DNA of 63,467 bases, counting the filler, from Myxococcota bacterium (GTDB taxonomy: Bacteria > Myxococcota > Myxococcia > Myxococcales > Myxococcaceae), in NCBI GenBank assembly GCA_049322255.1. It is 3 parts of 3 records of this genome, joined end to end, with 100 filler letters (N's around TTAATTAATTAA, not from the genome) between each part and the next. Parts side by side here need not be neighbours in the genome. Positions count along the whole stretch, not along the records: positions 52,722 to 63,467 come from JBMORE010000128.1; 2 more parts are not named here. One strand, 5' to 3'. Position numbers and translations under genes: made by a program. The notes under the pieces were generated by a model. It did not search any database, was not told the DNA's origin, and saw nothing but the letters and a program-made list of their open reading frames with translations. Shown one piece after another: positions 60,221-63,467 of the stretch (position 1 is its first letter; each line of letters opens with the position of its first letter).

Positions 60221-61429
60221 TCAATTCGCCTGACGAAAGAGCCGCATGCGTGGGCCCCCGCCCATCTCCAGAAAGAACCCGAAGGAGAACTGCACGGTCG
60301 AGTCGTTGCGCACCAGCCCCGGCGGCGGGTTGGGGAAGGGCTGCGCCCGCTCGAAGGAGTGAATCGCCTCGAGATCGAGAAAGTCCACCCCGCAGCTCTT
60401 CTCCACGTAGATGTCCTTCACCAGCCCGCGCTCGCTGAGGGTGACGCTGAGCACCGTGTAGCGGTCGCGGCCTCCGTAGATGCCTCCGGTGGGGTCGCGC
60501 TGGCGAAGCTCCTGCCCCGGGTTCCAGTGCATGCCCACGCTCTGCTTCACCCGGTTGAAGAAGCTCGAGTACTTCCACTCCTTGGTGTTGAGGTAGGTGC
60601 CTTCGCCCTCCTCGACGTCTCCCAAGTGGTCGTTGGCCGCGGCGCCGGTGAGCTTGTCGAGCACGGCAGTGGAGGGAATCAGGTTCGCCACCCCAGGCGA
60701 GCCCTTGCGGCCTTCGGAGGCCTCGGTGTCGCCGCTCTCACCAGGGTGCACCCGCAGGCGGTTGGAGTTCCCCACCACTTCGTCGCTTTCGGCGTGGTTT
60801 TTCACCGCAGGTCCGACACCCGTCGCCGAAGGGTCGGTCTTGAGAGCGATTTCCTGCCGCTTCTCGACGTCGGGAATCTCCAGCACCGGCGTTCCTTCTC
60901 GCAGCGGGCGGTCATCGTCGCCCAGCCCGTCGTTACCGGCGGTTTTCGCCTCTCGCTCCGTGGCGTTGCCCCCGCCTTGCTGTGGGTTGGGCGAGGTGCG
61001 CCTTGGCATGGCGTTTCGGTAGAAGGGCGTCTGCTCCTTGGCGCGGGTTTCCTTGTCCACCCGGTTGGAAGACTCGGCGAGGTACTTGGCCTCGGCAGAC
61101 TCCTCCCCGTTTCCGGGAGCCACGTCCACCACCTGGCCTTTGGGAACGGCCTCGGGTTCTTTGCGAGATTCCTTTTTTGGCAAGGGGGCGGCGGGCTGCC
61201 CCCGGTTCTTCTCCCACTGGTCGGCAGGGACGGAACGCATCGTCACTGCCCGCGGAGGCGCCACCGCCTGGGTGCGTGCTGGCGCCGGCAAGCTCACATG
61301 GACCAGCGAGAGGAAGATGAGCAGCCCGGCGAAGGCCAAGTGGCCAAGCACCGCGAGCGCTCCCGCGACGATCGCCCGAGCGGCGACGTTCCGCTTGCGC
61401 CTACGCTTGGCCGGCTGAAGGAGGCTCAT
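60221..61429 (-). CDS. TonB-family energy transducer protein (TM His, TonB C-terminal domain)
   Basis: N-terminal TM with His, Pro/charged linker, SCGVDFLD..A..AQPFPNPP. Confidence 0.8.
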   Translation of the reverse strand: MSLLQPAKRRRKRNVAARAIVAGALAVLGHLAFAGLLIFLSLVHVSLPAPARTQAVAPPRAVTMRSVPADQWEKNRGQPAAPLPKKESRKEPEAVPKGQVVDVAPGNGEESAEAKYLAESSNRVDKETRAKEQTPFYRNAMPRRTSPNPQQGGGNATEREAKTAGNDGLGDDDRPLREGTPVLEIPDVEKRQEIALKTDPSATGVGPAVKNHAESDEVVGNSNRLRVHPGESGDTEASEGRKGSPGVANLIPSTAVLDKLTGAAANDHLGDVEEGEGTYLNTKEWKYSSFFNRVKQSVGMHWNPGQELRQRDPTGGIYGGRDRYTVLSVTLSERGLVKDIYVEKSCGVDFLDLEAIHSFERAQPFPNPPPGLVRNDSTVQFSFGFFLEMGGGPRMRLFRQAN

Positions 61430-61548
61430 ACCGAAGCGCCCAAGATGATAACGCCCGCCCCCATTGTACGGGGAGGTACAGACGAAATTTGCTCATCCCG
61501 TCCGCCAGCGCACGCTCCCATGGAAGAGGTGGGGGCAGGTGGGACGCG

Positions 61549-61590
61549 CCCTCACCCTTGCCCTCTCCCAAAGGGAGAAAGGGAGAGGGG
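61549..61590. repeat. REP-like palindromic element
   Basis: CCCTCACCC..CCCTCTCCC-AAA-GGGAGA..GGGAGAGGG just downstream of the SpoIID stop. Confidence 0.55.
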
Positions 61591-61594
61591 TCAT

Positions 61595-63328
61595 TCAATA
61601 GATGCGGGCGACCTGGGCGCCGTTGAAGTAGTGCTCGAGGATGGCGCGATAGTCCTGCCCGGCCTCGGCGCGGCCGATGGCGCCGGTCTGACACATGCCC
61701 ACGCCGTGTCCCCAGCCTCCGCCCCGGAACAGCCAGGCGGTCGGTTTGCCGTCGGGGCCCAGCTGGGGGCTGACGATGAACATCGCGCTGTTGAGCATGC
61801 CAAAGAGTCTGCGAATGTTGAGCTCGCCGCGTATTTGCGTGGCCCCGTTTTCTCCGGAGAGAGTGACCAGGCGCGCCCGCCCGGAGACGCCGCGGTCGGT
61901 CACGGCGATGGCTCGCACCGGGCCGATGCCCAAAGGCTCGGTCAGGCGGTTCACCTCCTCGGCGGTGAAGCGGCGCTCCCAGCGGTATTTGCTCGGCTGG
62001 GCGAAGCTGGAGAGCCGGCACGCCGCGGGAAGCTCAGCGACGAGGAAAGCTTCGAGCTTGCCGGGAGCGCTGAGCGCGCGCCGGCCGGGGAGGGTGTCGG
62101 GGCGGCCACGCAGGCTGGGGTTGGGAGGGCCTCCCCACACGATGTCGTTGTGCTCGGTGTGGCCGCCGCACACCGCGCTGTAGACCGAATCGACCAGCCG
62201 CCCTGAAGCGTCGAACAGGCCCTCTCCGCGCGTGGCTTCCACGGCGGCGTTGGTGCTCACCGCCTCGCCCAACAGGCCCTTGTACACGGCGCAGTGCTGC
62301 TCGGCGCACAAGAGGTACGGATCCGCCAGGTGCTTGGTGCCGATCTTCGCCAGCACCTCCCCGCGCGCGGTCACCGCTTGCGCTTTGAGCGCCTCGGGGT
62401 GGGCGCGGGCGAAGATTTCCGCCGGCACCAGCCCCTTGAGCAGCTCCTCCATCGGAACCAGGTTGACCACCGCCAACTTCCCTTGGCGGTCGACGGTGAG
62501 CTCCAGGCTGCCCCGGTAACTGCGGTCGTCGAAGCCGTGGTTGGCGTAGCCGACGTCGTGCTCCACCGCGCGCACGTCGAAGGGGGCGCCGTCGAGCGTC
62601 TCGGCGACGAGCAGGTCTTGCGCCAGGGCGACCACCACACCTGACGGATCGCGCAGCTCGAGAATGCCGCGCGGCGGGGTCTTCACCTCCTCGAAGAGCA
62701 TGGTGCGCACCCCGTGCGTGCGCAACAGCTCGGCCTGGCGTTGCACGGCTTCGGCGCGGCTCGTCGGCGCATCGTCGAGCAAGAGGTAGCGCCGGCTGTC
62801 GACTACCTTCCCGGAGATGCCGTACACCGAGCCGAGCACGTGGGTCTTCACCAAGAGGCCCTTCTCCACCCAGCGCCGTTCTTCGGCGGCCAGCCCCTCC
62901 TTGTCGGCGAACGGAAATTCGGCGAGCTGCACGCGCGCGGAAAGTGTCGCGGGAGAGCCCTCCACCAACCGAACCGTCCAAGTCGAGCCCGCGGGAGCCT
63001 CGACCGTCTTTTCCACCTCGCCGGAGAGCTTCATCCGCATCCGCCCGCGCGCAGAGAAGGAAACCTCGGTGCGGCCCTCCATCAGCCGTATCGGCAACAC
63101 CGGCGCGCCGGCGCGAAAGTCGAGCCGCTTGGAGAACAGCTCGCCCGTCCGGTCTCCCGGGGCAGGGGGAAGCGCCAGCCCGTCCATTTTGGCAGGGAGC
63201 ACATCGGCGTCGGCGAAGCCGCTCTGTGCGGCGGGGGGCACCGAGGCTTGGAAGGTTTGAGCAGGCGGGGTGGCGCGCCGGGCGCAGGAGGCGACGACCC
63301 AAAGCGTGACCCAGAGCGCGTGCCGCAC
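61595..63328 (-). CDS. SpoIID/LytB domain lipoprotein
   Basis: YRGSL, LKGLVPAE, EALKAQAVTAR, GGHTE, GWGHGVGMCQTGA; lipobox VASC; GTG start downstream of the tRNA. Confidence 0.9.
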   Translation of the reverse strand: MRHALWVTLWVVASCARRATPPAQTFQASVPPAAQSGFADADVLPAKMDGLALPPAPGDRTGELFSKRLDFRAGAPVLPIRLMEGRTEVSFSARGRMRMKLSGEVEKTVEAPAGSTWTVRLVEGSPATLSARVQLAEFPFADKEGLAAEERRWVEKGLLVKTHVLGSVYGISGKVVDSRRYLLLDDAPTSRAEAVQRQAELLRTHGVRTMLFEEVKTPPRGILELRDPSGVVVALAQDLLVAETLDGAPFDVRAVEHDVGYANHGFDDRSYRGSLELTVDRQGKLAVVNLVPMEELLKGLVPAEIFARAHPEALKAQAVTARGEVLAKIGTKHLADPYLLCAEQHCAVYKGLLGEAVSTNAAVEATRGEGLFDASGRLVDSVYSAVCGGHTEHNDIVWGGPPNPSLRGRPDTLPGRRALSAPGKLEAFLVAELPAACRLSSFAQPSKYRWERRFTAEEVNRLTEPLGIGPVRAIAVTDRGVSGRARLVTLSGENGATQIRGELNIRRLFGMLNSAMFIVSPQLGPDGKPTAWLFRGGGWGHGVGMCQTGAIGRAEAGQDYRAILEHYFNGAQVARIY

Positions 63329-63336
63329 GAGGAGAG

Positions 63337-63408
63337 AGGCGCCACCCGGATTCGAACCGGGGAATGAGGGTTTTGCAGACCCTTGCCTTACCACTTGGCT
63401 ATGGCGCC
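63337..63408 (-). tRNA. tRNA-Cys (GCA)
   Basis: GGCGCCA acceptor stem, CT-GCA-AA anticodon loop, GGTTCGAATCC; CCA not encoded. Confidence 0.95.
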
Positions 63409-63467
63409 GAAAGCGAAGGCCACGGGCTTATATGCACCGAGGTTTTGAAGCGTCAAGGAAGTGGAGT

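Noticed and set aside
59408..62206. Long antisense ORFs (e.g. 932 aa here, 760 aa at 19821, 731 aa at 48993)
   Set aside because: Shadow ORFs expected opposite real genes in high-GC DNA
63329..63394. N-terminal extension of the SpoIID ORF
   Set aside because: Overlaps tRNA-Cys; the true start is GTG 63328

Overview
GC-rich myxobacterial-type (Myxococcota-like) DNA in three contigs joined by artificial N/TTAATTAATTAA linkers (27085-27184, 52622-52721), so adjacency across the gaps is unproven. Contig 1 (1-27084) is a low-oxygen/stress island. It holds ldhA, ppsA, two USPs, a cytochrome c'-like gene, Hsp20, an ADP-forming acyl-CoA ligase, two CBS proteins, an NmpRSTU-like signalling module (protoglobin kinase, dual receiver, hybrid kinase, sigma54 activator), ftsH, dksA-like and GGDEF genes. 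Recurring sigma54 promoters and GCGCA-N5-TGCGC sites tie these genes together. Contig 2 starts with the most novel element, a >=14.7 kb provirus-like element (27185-41880) ending in a tyrosine integrase at the 3' end of tRNA-Gln(CTG). It has an A32/P9-type FtsK-HerA packaging ATPase, a 456-aa candidate double-jelly-roll capsid protein, about a dozen small membrane proteins, a signal-peptide-bearing Cys-rich spike and an M15 endolysin. No terminase, portal or tail genes are recognisable, so it looks like a tailless, membrane-containing virus of a myxobacterium; the fold assignments are inference and need profile or structure checks. Host genes follow: CPBP protease, gltX, two MYXO-CTERM-like metalloproteases, a collapsed AAA pseudogene, pyrimidine catabolism, HAD and VapBC. 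Contig 3 has gcvT-gcvH-(M28)-gcvP, a CDF transporter, a TonB-family protein, a SpoIID/LytB protein and tRNA-Cys.
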